From positions 227,299,741 to 227,363,740 of the forward strand of contig CM041465.1 of assembly GCA_023213395.1 (NCBI GenBank): a stretch of 64,000 nucleotides of DNA, in the 5' to 3' direction. Shown piece by piece: positions 42,401 to 54,900 of the stretch. The notes beneath the pieces are model-generated. The model searched no databases. It saw only the letters and a program-made list of their open reading frames with translations, and was not told the origin of the DNA. Each line of letters starts with the position of its first letter. Position 1 is the first letter of the stretch. The stretch comes from Cycas panzhihuaensis (Eukaryota; Plantae; Cycadophyta). Both the position numbers and the translations under genes were made by a program.

Positions 42401-45400
42401 GTGGTAATTAGTGTTGTACTAATATTCAACTAGGTGGGCCCATGTCACCCATTTGGATTAGTTATCTTTAGTATATCATCGTAACTATATCTCTAAGCTT
42501 TTATTGATAACTCTGGTTCATCCATATGTTTATAGGTGGAATGTTTTACTCATGGCAAGTTGGGTCCCCACTAATTTGAATAAGTCCTTCCAAAAATAGC
42601 TTATGAATTTTGGATCTCTATCACTAACTATATTTTTTAGAAAACCATATAATATTTGGATGTTCTCCATAGATATGTTAGTTATCTAAGATGCTTAATA
42701 TAATTCTCAGATGAGGATGAAATATGTATACTTTATCAAACAATCCACTACTATAAATAGGGCATCTTTAGTTATTAATTTTGGAAGTCTAGTTATAAAG
42801 TCCATAAATATTTCCTTCCATTTTTGTTTAGGTTATTCTAAGGGTTGTAGTAACCTTAGAGCCTATACAGACTTTAGCTTTTATCTCTAACTAGTATTAT
42901 ACTCAAAGATTTTTATATCAGCCTTCATTCCCCTCCAATAGAATGACCTTTTTATCCTTTTGTAAGTTTTAAGGAACCCTAATTATCTAGTTGTAGGTGA
43001 GTCATGATGCTTCCTAAGGAATACTTCTTTAAATCATGATCCTTAAGGTAAGTAGATTATATTCTTATAAAGTAGGGTGCTTGCCTTCTTTGACCAATTA
43101 GTCTCTACTAGTTCTTTAGAATTTTTATCCATGATTATTCTTGCCTCTATATCTTGTAAATATTCATGGTGCAACTCTTTAATCTTGGTAGGTATAGTTG
43201 TTATGATGGTTGAATAACTAGCATCCTCATAATTCACGCTAATGCATTACCTATAATATTCTCTTTTCCTCCTTATATTATATCTTAAAGTTATAATCTT
43301 AGATTTTTTTTAACCCACCTCTATTGCTCCTTAAATAAATTTTGTTACGTTAGAATATACTTTAGGCTTTGGTGGTTAGTCTTAATAATAAATTTTATCC
43401 TCAATAAGTATTACCTCTATTTTGTTAGGCCATGTAAGATGGATAACATCTACTTATCATGAGTCTTCTTAGCCCTTTCTTGTAATTTTAGATTTTGCCT
43501 TTCATTTGTAAGGGGGTGGTTATTCTATAGTAAAGTTGCATTTATCCATATTCCCAATGCATCACATTTGACTATAAATGGTTAGGTGAAGTCTTGCATG
43601 GCCAAGACTAGAGTTGTGATGATGGCCTCTTTTAACTTTCTAAAACTTGACCTAGTATTATTATCCCAATTAAAGTCATCCCCTTTGGTAAGATCGATTG
43701 GGGATTTAGTTATATTGGCATATCCTATGATGAATTTTTAATAGTATTCGATGATTCTATAAGATAGAGGGATTAATTTGCAAGCATAAGTATTATGTTA
43801 AATAAAACATAAATTTGTAGATATAATAATAACTAGTAAATACACTAAGATTGATAGGTGGAAAACCCCTTTGAGGGATAAAAAACCAGCTCCTAAAATA
43901 GTTTAAATAATATTAAATAGAATATACATTATAGTGATTTGGTGAAAATGAGGATCTCATCCTCTCTCTATTTACTAGCATACTATCATACCCTGTGTAT
44001 GACTTTGACTATCCTCTTGATCTCGAAACTAACTTTTTAGAATCTATGAAGAGATAAATAGAAAGAGATTCATTGAAATAAACAATTATCAATTTCAACA
44101 AACCACATAACCAAATAATAGTCATAAAGTAACTTTAATAAATATTTTTATAAAAATAACATTATAAATATAATATTATTCTAACAACCCCATTTAATGT
44201 TATCTTTTGTACAATAGAAGATAAAAGGAAGAAAAGATAGAAGAAGAGAAAGAAGAAGAGGAAGAAGAGGACTTTAGCATGATAAACCCCCTTTGATGAA
44301 GAATTCTTTAATCTTCAATAATTCTCTGAGATTTAGGAACTTTACTTCTATCAATGGTTTTGTAAGAATGCCTGTAATCTTCAAGTCTATAGGATAATAA
44401 GACAAGTGAATAATTTCATCACTTATAAGATTACATTTAAAATGTAGATGTAATTCTATATATTCTATTCTAAAATATGCAACAGGATTAGCAACAATAG
44501 ATATCGTGCCTTGATTATCAACATTAATTTCAATAAAAGAGTTTAGAAATAATTCAAGTTTATTTAATAAGGAATTAAGTGAAAGTGATTCTTTACTAGC
44601 TTTAACAAGTGTTCAATATTTAACTTTAGTTGTGGATAGGGCTAATGCTTGCATTTTTTTGCTAAACTAAGTAATTAGAGAAGAGTCTAAAAAGAAAATA
44701 TAACCAACTATCGATTTATGGTCATCAGAGTCTCCTACCTAATCTAAGTCTATATAACTTGTTAATTATAGGTTAGTACTGCAAGAGTTATATGTTAATC
44801 CATACAATATTATACCTTGTAGGTATATTAAAATCTATTTTGTAGCTTTCCAGTGTGACTCATGAGATTTTCACTTGTATCTAGAGTAAAGAGTAATGTC
44901 ATAGGAGATGTCTGGGCAGGTATGGGTTAGGTAAAGTAAATTACCTATGAGTTGATGATATGTAGTAGGGTCAAATAGAGGTGTAGGACAATCAATTTAT
45001 AGTTTAATACCTAATCGTAGAGGGTTTAGGGCTGGTTTGACATTTTCCATGTTAAACCTTTTAATTAAATCTAAAATATACTTAGGTTGAGAGATAGTTA
45101 TTTGGGAGTTAGTTTGATAAATTTGCAAACCTAGAAAGTAATGTAAAAGACCTAAGTCAATCATTTCAAATTTATTCATTAAGATAGATTTTAATTGATG
45201 AATACTGGAGATTAAAGATCCAGTTATAATTATATCATCTGCGTAAAGGATTAAGATGGTAATATTTTTATTTTCTCTTTTTAAGTAGAGATTAGGATCA
45301 CTAATGCACTTAGGCATCTATTTTGTGTAAGATAGTCATCTATCTTTATATACCAAACTCAAGGAGTTTGTTTTAGACCATATACAGATTTTTTTAACTT

Positions 45401-47149
45401 ACACATAAGATTAGAATTGTAAACGAAACCAGGAGGTTGTTTCATATAAATTTCTTCTTTAAGATCTCTATTCAAAAAAATACTTTCAACATCTATTTAA
45501 TGAATCTGCTAGCTAAATTTAGCTACTAAAGATAGGATGGTTTTGATTATATTCATTTTAGCTATAGGAGTGAAGTTCTTAATATAATTAATACCATTAA
45601 TTTAAGAAAAACCTTTGACTGCTAGACAAGCCTTATGTTTTTCAATAGCTCCTTTTGAGTTATACTTTGTTTGGTAAACCTATTTATAGTCTACTAAGTT
45701 CTTACCAGGAGGAAGAGAAACTAAATCCCAGGTTGAATTCCTTTTAAGAGTGTCAATCTCTGCTTGCATTGCTTGTTGCCATATTGGATTGTTATTTACT
45801 TCCTTAAAGGTTTTTGGATCATCTGTGGCCATGACTTTGGCCATTAGAGAAACCTTAGCTTGAAGTTTTTAGGAATGATTCTTCCTAGTATTTGATTGAT
45901 TACTAACATCAAAAAGAGTTTTTTATTCCCAAACTAATTATTTATTCTTTGAAGAAATAGAAGTAGAGTGTTGATTAGAAGATTTTAACTAACTAGTTAG
46001 ATCTAATATAGTAGGTTCAGTTAGTGTCCAATTCTATATATGATTAGGAAAAGATTTAATCATTTCAGGGTTATCTTGTTTGTTTGAGGGGTTAACTAAG
46101 TAAGTGTTAGTTAACAAACTCTCAATAGGAAGTTCTATATAAGTAGTTTTTTATTAAGATCCTTCTTCATCAAATATAACATCACACAGAATCAAAATCT
46201 TGTGTGTGATTGGATCAAGAAACCTATAGACTTTACTTTCTTCATTGTAACCAATAAAGATGAATTTAGAACTTTTAGGGTCAAGTTTCTTATGCTTTTC
46301 TTTGGGAACATTCCCCCACACAATGCTTTTAAAGATTTTAAGATGTTTGATAAAAGGCTTATGACCTGACTACTTCTATTTTGGCATAACATGTTGTAGA
46401 GATTTACTTGCTAATCAATTTAAAAGATAGTTGGAGGAGGCTATTGCTATATCCCATAACTTTATATCCAAACATTTTGCATGTATCATGTATATAGTTA
46501 TTTCTATGAGAGTACAATTCTTACATTTAACAACACCATTTTGTTAAGGGGTATAGGTGATAGAATGCTGAAATTGTATTCTATATTTTTTACAGTATAA
46601 AGTAAGGTCATTACTTAAGTATTCTTTGTTGGAGTTAATAGTCATCACTCCACTTCCACCTTCCAACTAGGGGAGCATACCTCATCTTCTTCAATTTATA
46701 CATGTGGGTGGTCAACATGTGTAGGTAAGTTTAAGGTGAGTTTATGTTAATTTGAGTTAAGTTTACTTTAAGTTGAGTTTGTATTATTTTATTATAATTT
46801 AAATTTTGGGGGTTGAGGAGTTTCCCTCTGCCACCAAAATTATAAATATTGAGGGGTGTGCAACCCTAATGTCTTTAGACACAGCCTATGTTAGAAAATT
46901 TATAAAACTCTTCTCTTCAAAATGGATTGAATATACAAAAGATTCATGTTTATGCTATTATACAATATTGTTGTATTAATTTATGGTTCTATCTTATATT
47001 CTGCCTTGTTCCCTTGCAATTTTTATTTCCTTCATTTGGTATAAGAGCTAACGATTGCTAGCCTGCTAAAGTTTTTTAAAGAAGATCAACAGAATTTATT
47101 GGCATTCTACAATAAATCTACTTACAAGCAAGCAATATCGATTATATTC

Positions 47150-47830
47150 ATTTTTTGCAAGTTTTTTTCAATAAGTTTCTCATATTTTTTCATCAAGATT
47201 TGCATATTCTTAAGTTATATTTATGAAATAACAAAGATATTTTAGATTTATTCATAGATTTGTGCAGATTTGTGAAGGAGATCAGTAGCAAGCTACATTT
47301 ATTCAAGTTCTCTTTAGATTTGTGATATATTTTCTCTAATCTACATATTTTTATCAAATATTTGGCATTTTTCAAGTAGATTTTTGTCTATTTCTCTTGT
47401 ATTTTTTCATATCTAAGTAGGACTTCAACTATACTATATATTTTTTTCAAAGTTTTCTTTAGATCTGAGTTATATTTTTTTAAATCTACATATTTTATCA
47501 TATATTTGACTATTTGCAAGCATATTTTTGTCTATTTATTTAATATTTTCTCAGACCTATGAGGGATTTCTTCTATAAGCAACATTTATTCAAGTTTTAT
47601 TTCAAATCTGCTATATTTTACTTTAGATCTACTAACTATTCTTTAAATCTACTACATATTTTTTTAGATCTACCTATTGTAGTAATTATTTCGATATTTT
47701 CTTTTATATTTGTTTTAAATCTACAATATTTGGTTTAGATCTGCTATATTTTATTTCAGATCTGTATTTTTTTAACATATATTTAAGCATTTCTTCAAGT
47801 GTTTTTTTAGATCTATAAGTTTGTGGTGCA
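47150..47830. repeat. Degenerate ~145-bp tandem duplication rich in AGATCT
   Basis: 'ttcaagtt...tttagat(t/c)tg...aatctacatattt(t)atca' recurs at about 47300, 47447 and 47590. Confidence 0.65.
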
Positions 47831-49000
47831 TATTCAGCCCAACAAACTATATATTATAGCATATCTGCCTATATTCAACTTGTGAGGAAGAAGATCTGTC
47901 TACTAGAAGTTTTTGAAGGCTATTTTCAGCTACAGATTTGTTACAACTACATTACCAGGTTCTTCAGCTTCATTTTTTAGATTTAAATGCATATATTTTG
48001 GTTTTATGATATATCTGTCGCAACATATTTGAAAATACTTAAGATACAAATATATATGCATATATTTTCTTCAATATATCTAAAAATTCTCTAGTTCATT
48101 TGTGGTCCATTGAATCACCAAAAAAAAAAAAAAATTAGAACAAAAATACTCAAAAGCACTTAGCATCAATATTTTTTTAATCTACTTTCTTCAAATATTT
48201 AAAAATTTTCTAGTTTTATAGTACAATCCTTATATAGTTAAATATTGAATGCATAGGCACATAAATATTTTTAAGACTCCTGGTTATTTTGGAAGCTTAA
48301 AATTATCATTATCATTTTTTCTTTGAGTTGATCCATTTACATATAGGCCTTAAGAGCATGTGTGGTGGTGAGATCTAATGAGTTAGATCTCTCTTTTGTA
48401 ACCTGTTGTAAGGTTAAAAGCATAAAAACAACCATCTTCTTCATTTAAAACTGAAACATCCTCAGTATACATACATACACCTCCAATATCAAAAATCTAT
48501 TATTTCTGTTTGAAATCCATCTTTTACATTGGTATAAATAAGCTACTAGAGTATCAATCTTCAGCTTAATTAAATAGCATAGATTCTCTGATTAGATAGT
48601 CCACAAGAAATAGAGGCAGGTCCACTAACCAATCTATTGAGCACATGAAAGATAAACAAAGAGTAGGAAAAAAAAAACATAAAGTAGTTACCAAGTTTAA
48701 GGGCTTCAAGAAACTCTTTGAACTACAAGATTTCCATCATTTTATTTTCAACATTCATACTATCAACAATAGGATTCATAAAGCTAGTATATATGCACAA
48801 CCAAATAATATGAACTTCAACAATTGGGCTTAATTCCTAGGTACACTGAAGAGATAATCAATCCCCAAAATTCAAGTGCATGCCTCTTAGACACTCACAA
48901 AGAATATCTTAGTAAACATTTCCCATGGCCTCACAAATGATCTAGACTCTCATACTAAACATTCTTAAGTAGGCTCAATTTCATAGATTGTAAGTCAGGA

Positions 49001-49296
49001 CTACTTAAAATCTGTGAGCTGCTACAAATTATACTTAGAAAGCTCTTTGAATTTGTGCACCACTCCAATCATGCAGATAGTCTTAACAATTTAGACTGTA
49101 ATAGTCTGATTCAAATTGCTACAGTCCACTTTATGAGGTTGAGGTACTAATTTTGCCACCGTATCAATAATCTTTGACTGTTCCATTCCAGTGTTTGTAC
49201 AGACCCCATACAGAACAACAAACTTAAGAGGTAGTTGACCCTCTCCACTTTAAAAGTGTGAGGGGCATTGTAGTCTGCCTTTGTAATCTCCTCAAC
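49001..49296 (-). pseudogene. Captured C-terminal fragment of a THUMP-domain protein (THUMPD1/Tan1-like), followed by likely 3' UTR
   Basis: VEEITKA.../HF*SGEGQLPLKFVVLYGVCTNTGMEQSKIIDTVAKLVPQPHKVDCSNLNQTITV*IVKTICMIGVVHKFKELSKYNL*QLTDFK*; matches the plant THUMP C-terminus as I recall it (KFAVLY..RANTG..R.KII..VAK.VP.PHKVDL.NP..TI.V.I.KTVC.IGVV.K.KEL.KYNLRQLT). Confidence 0.88.
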
Positions 49297-49347
49297 ATTT
49301 ATTAGCACCTTCTCCTTTACCAGCACCTTTAACTAGAATTACATAAC

Positions 49348-49428
49348 CACTATCCTCATTTTCTTGTTAGCCCTCGTAGCATTCCCAGCTAATTCAAACA
49401 CCTCAGCTGCAAGATATTCCAGAACAGA
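49348..49428 (-). pseudogene. Captured histone H2A fragment (27 codons)
   Basis: [27 protein letters not shown] versus canonical [27 protein letters not shown]; no H2A N- or C-terminus. Confidence 0.92.
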
Positions 49429-49430
49429 TG

Positions 49431-49481
49431 GCCAATGACTAGAACCCTGGTCTTCTCTGACAACACTTAGCACTGCTCCAT
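49431..49481 (-). pseudogene. Probable captured N-terminus of an IFR/PLR/PCBER (PIP-family, NmrA-like) reductase
   Basis: MEQC*VLSEKTRVLVIG resembles the PIP-family start EK(T/S)RVL(V/I)xG(G/A)TGY; only 17 codons. Confidence 0.5.
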
Positions 49482-49659
49482 CTGCAGAACTAGATGTCTT
49501 ATTCTCTGTTAAACCAACATTGAAGCAGCCATCCTTTAGAGGAGAAAAGCGGCTAAATTCCATAACGAAAATTATCTTTGAAATCCCCCACCACCTTTCA
49601 ACAATACAGAGTGAAATTTTGGATTCTTGTAGAAGAATAGTACACTCAACATGGGGTTG

Positions 49660-50200
49660 GTCAAGCCATTCTCCTCTGTGCATGTGCTGTGCATTCTCCT
49701 CGAGCTCGCCCTACACATTCTCCTCGAGACTGCCTCAAACATTCTCCTCGCTTGGAGCTGTGTGAGCTGAGTGACACTCTCCTCACTTGGAGAATGTTCT
49801 CCTCGCTTGGAGCTACATGCAGCCACGTGATAGTCAGGGTAGCGTTTGCATCCACATGACAGCATAACAACAATAGCAATAGGCTGCACGATGCCAATTT
49901 GATTCAAAATCTTTTTTTTTTTTTTTTTAATACAGTTTAACAAAATTTAATTAAATTTTATATAATTTGAATTCTGCGTTTAAAGTCATTATCTCCCTTT
50001 ACATCCACATCCCTCGGTCACCTTCATTACCACGTGACCATAACGATGCCAATTCACTTTTTCATAAAATCTTTCTTTTTATTTTTTTTATTTTTATTTT
50101 TACATAGGGTAACTAGAAAAGTTTTACCATAACTCTTCACTGAGTCACCGATTTCTAACGAAGCTAGTTTCATTGCGTTAGAAATTTTTCAAAGATTGAT
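49660..50200 (-). promoter_or_regulatory. Putative internal promoter / CpG-retaining island
   Basis: About 15 CpGs in ~500 bp; G-box CACGTG at 49824 and 50031; CGATGCCAATT twice (49889, 50044); six TCTCCTC repeats at 49669-49805; lies directly upstream of the minus-strand gene fragments. Confidence 0.5.
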
Positions 50201-51668
50201 TTTGATTGGTCATATGACTAATTTGGACTTGATTTGACCCTATTTCAGTTGATTTAAAGTCAATCAGTCATTTTTTGAGCTTTTTTATAAAATCATTTTT
50301 TCAACCGATTATATTTTATTATTAGGTAACTATTTTCTACCTAGATCTATTCTACAGTGATCTACTTTTAATAAACTTTATTACCAACTATTTATTTTAA
50401 TTTTTAGAATATATTTTTATCATTATTTTAATCGTCAAAAGTGACACTTTAGTGCTTTTTAGCATTTTTTTACATTTTTTACATAAAGGTACTTGCTGCC
50501 ATTTCTACTGTAACTTTTTTGTTTTGTATCAGAATTTAGTTCTGTTAGTTTTGTTGGGAAGCTAACTCACTCCCCTTTGATCTGAAATTATTTTTTATAA
50601 ATTTTGAAGTACTTTTTTAGACTTTCAAAAGTATCAAAGTTGAGGTATTTAATAGCCTCTAATTTATCATTATTATATATTTTCATATATTATTTCTCAA
50701 ATTTTTTCAACTAAAAAGAAATTAAGCAACTCTCTAAGATATATTTAATTTTTTTATAGTATTCTATAAACTTTTATTACCATTTTTATAAGATTTTAAG
50801 ATCCTTACTCCTGTTAGGCCTAAAAAAGAGGTCTATACTTTTGGTTCATCAAAACTTCACTTGTGGGAACCCATTTTCAAAATGGTTAGTTCCATTGAAA
50901 ACATATTTTATTCATTTTCATATTGGTGTAATTTCACCTCATTCTAACATTATTTAGTATAGCTTTGAAGATATCAAACTTAAGCTTGTCTTCTAAACCT
51001 TTCTTTTAAGGAACTTTTTCATTCTTATTGATCCCTTTTACTATATATTCAAAGTGCTCATTTGACTTTTATATAACTCATTTTTAAGTGATTTGTGATA
51101 GAAAGTAATCTAAAGTAAAGTAATAAGCTAACTGCACCTATAATTTAAATGGGTATAATTTATTTTTTAAAAGGTTTCTTCTTTATATTTATTATATTTC
51201 AAAGTGTAAATACTCATATATATTTTAGTTTTAGCATTATATATTATTATTAATGAATAGGATTTATTGCATTGAGAGTTTATATTTATTCATTTGAAGA
51301 ATCAAAAGGTTAAAGATTATTCTTTTTATCATCAAAGTTACATTTCAGATTTGTATTACTAAAAGGATCTTTATTACATTCAAATTTTCTCTTATATTCA
51401 TTTTATTTCAAAGATTATTCCAAAACCGTACTTACTAAAAATCTTTTTTATTATTATTGAAATGATCATTCCCTTATTATGCCTAATTGATTGACTTTCA
51501 AAGGGTATTACATTTCTTTCAAAAAGTTTATCTAAAATCATATATGTTCATTAGTGTATTACATTTCTTTTGAAGAGTATATTTGACATCATACAAGTTT
51601 AGTCATTTATTGACTCTCTTGATTTGGTAAAATCATACCCTTTATATACTAACGTTTTTTTTTATAAA

Positions 51669-51983
51669 ATGCCATAATTTCTTATATTTAATGGGTATAA
51701 TTTTTTACTATGATACAAGACTATGTATGACTATTTTATTAAACATAATCTTCTGAAATATTTGCAATATGAATATGATCATAGTATTAAAGAAAATTTT
51801 AGAAAGGACAATGAAGTCTTAGGAATATTATTTTACACTATAAATGATCTTATTTTTTTTCAAGTTTCTGAATTAACTACTTTTAAATCTATATGGGATA
51901 TTTTGATTTCTACTTATGGGGGAGATACCCTCAATCTATTTGATGTTATTTTTGATGAGCATGTGAGACAGGTACCAGAATAG
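51669..51983 (+). pseudogene. Vestigial Copia gag N-terminus (UBN2-like) of the non-autonomous element
   Basis: FNGYNF...MYDYF..HNLLKY...DNEVLGILFYTIND.IF.QV..LTTFKSIWDILISTYGG. Confidence 0.7.
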
Positions 51984-54900
51984 ATGATTTGTAATAAAAA
52001 GACTAATGAAGATTCAGATCAAATGTATAATCAACTTACTACATAAGTATCTGATCCTCCATTTGAGGGGGAGAAGAAATCTTATGATATGACAGAAAAG
52101 AGACCTAATGATATGACAGACAAAGTTAAAATTTCAGAAGTTAAAGTTAAAGCTATAGTTATTCATTTTCATTTGAATCAAACTACATGTACTTATAGAT
52201 TTTTTGCAACTACATTTACTTACAACTTTTTTGTACCATTCCATAGTAAAGAGACATATATTACAAAAAGGATGAAGTAAGCTGATAAAGATCACATTAA
52301 GGAATAGATTTTGAAAGCTTTTTTCAAGTATAAATTCCATAAGTTCAAAGAGAAGATATAAATGTTTGTGATGACCATTAAGGGGGAGAATATTAGAGTT
52401 AATAGTCATCACTCCACTCCCACCTTCCAACCAAGGGAGCACACATCATCTTCTTTAAATTACACATGTGGGTGCTCAATATGTATAGATAAGTTTAAGA
52501 TGAGTTTATATTAATTTGAGTTAAGTTTGTATTATCTTATTGTAATTTAAATTTCAGGGATTGAGGAGTTTCCCTCCTCCCCCAAAATTATAAATATTGA
52601 AAGGTGTGCAACCCTGGTGTCTTTAGACATCGCCCATATTGGGAAATTTGTAAAACTCTCCACTTCAAAATGGATTGAATATATAAAGAATTTATGCTTA
52701 TGCTACTATGTAACATTGTTATATTGATTTATGGTTCTATATTATGTTTTACCATGTTCTCCTAGAATTTTTATTTCCTTCATTTGGTATCAAAGCTTAG
52801 TTTAGCTCCATTATTTTCCTACATTCTTTAGTGTTGTTAGAGTTAAAGATTTTTATTTTAGATTTGATTTGATTTTCACCTAATGTTTTACATTTAATAA
52901 ACATCTCAAAGACCTAACTTCTTATTTTAAGCAAATGAACCCAATATTTCTTGGAAAAATCATTAATGAAAGTGATAAAATACTTCTAAAGTATGATGGC
53001 ACTTAGGATGGTCCATAAATGTTAGAGAGAATAAGCTCAAGTGGAACTTTTACTCTAAATGAAGTCTGGTGTAGAAAATGATCTATGTGTTTCTTGCATG
53101 TTATGTAGCCTTTACAAACACAATAGACTATGGTTAGGGTGGGATACCCATGAACTGTATCATGTTTGCTTAAATATTATAGTTTGCCATAATTTGTATG
53201 GCTAAACTAGGCATGCCATAACTTATTGACTGGATTAGATTTAGTTATAAAGGCACTAAAAGACTTTATTTTAGAATGTCAAAAATTTGTTAGGTTGTAG
53301 AGACCTATAGGTCCTCAACTAATTGATTTAAACTTGTTTAAATATTATTTAATAACAAATCTATCTTTCCAGAATTCGACAACAAGCTCTTTTTAGCAGA
53401 TTTGATAAACTAAAAGGAGATTTGGTAATAATCTAGGAATGTAATATATGTCCTTAATAGACCTCTCTTTTAAAGAAACATCTCCTATTCCTTTGACTTT
53501 TAGTTGTGAACCACTTTTGAATGAGATTTCCTCTTCAAAATTAAGGTTGGAATGGTAAGATAACAAGTATTCTTAGTGTCCTATCATATGATGGGATGCA
53601 CTAGAATTAAGGATCCACAAAGGTGGTTGAGTAGTTGGTACCAAAAAGGTTGATGTGGAAGTAGTTAGGGAATGGTTAGGATTATGAGATCATGATTGGA
53701 TCTCTTTAGAAGCTTTGCAAGATTCAGAAGTTATTCTATTCCTATAGACGTCAATGGTGTGCCTCTTTTTATGGAAGTAAGTATAGTTAACATTATTAGG
53801 GTTAGAATTGATAGTATTCCTTTTCTGGAATGACTATTTAGAGGTATTCTTTATTTTAGGTAATCTAGAATACTAAGTATTATGATAAAGGTTGTTTAAA
53901 GAAGATGAACCTCTATAAGGTTTTTAGAACTTAGGATTATCTTGATTACTTTGATAGTTGTTCCGATGCTTAAACTTATTGAGTGGCTTTGACTTGGAAA
54001 AAAGAGCTTGTGAAGGATCTTAAAGTTTTCTAGTTCGAATTAACATTATTTGATATTCAACTACTTGATGTCAACTAATTAAAGGTTATTAGTGGATATC
54101 TAGCCTACTGCCTAGTAGTTTTAAAAGATTAAAATGTTTTGGGACTTTATTGATTACAAGATAGACAAGTGTATCATTGTCTTTTATATATGTAACAATG
54201 ACTATTTTATCACCTACTTTTATAGAAGACTTTATGCAATTGCCTAAGTCTTTATTGATAAGTTGAAGTTTTCATAAGAAGTCTTCAACTTTAGAAAAGT
54301 CTTCATAATTTAAATCATATATTTATTATTTTAGAACAACCAAGTTGTAAGCATAAACTTTATTAGGCTTTTCCTTAAGTGGGTTCTAAACTATGGCTAA
54401 ATCATTTGTGTCAGAGAAGTATCAATTTATATCTAGGGAGAGAGAGTTTAGGATGGTGCCTAAGGCTCACAATTTATTAGATAAACCATATATGAATCTA
54501 ATTTTTCATACATCAATTTAACAAATTCTCCTATGATATATCACTATAGCTTTTGTTGCTTTAGGTGGTGAAATATGCAAGTTTTTTAGTAGACGTAATT
54601 ATAGCTAGTTAGAACTAGAATTAAATACAGGACATTGTCCCTAACATGAGTGTCATTTTGGGACTAACTAATGATTAAATACCTCTTTAAGGAAAGAAAA
54701 AGAAATGATAAGGGTGGAAGAAATTATGATGACTTTTGAATAAAATTAATTATGATTTTTATAGGTGAATATTTATTTAGTAAAGTAAGTGTGTTATTGA
54801 AGTAAACTCATTAATATTAACCTTGATTATCACTGAATATGAATTTTAAAAAATAAATTTAAATCATAAATAAGATCTTATTACCACATGAATCAATTTA

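Larger units (their letters stand above)
46627..52823 (+). mobile_element. Non-autonomous Copia-derived LTR element carrying captured gene fragments
   Basis: LTRs 46627-47034 and 52391-52782; PBS TGGTATAAGAGC at 47037; PPT AAGGGGGAGAA at 52380-90; TSD TTCTT at 46622-26 and 52824-28, whose removal restores Copia-B INT 'NSNNTKEYLSND'; no recognisable RT or INT. Confidence 0.9.

Noticed and set aside
49339-49683. 114-aa ORF as a functional histone H2A variant
   Set aside because: Only 27 codons are H2A; the rest is unrelated sequence inside an LTR element, and the histone fold is incomplete.
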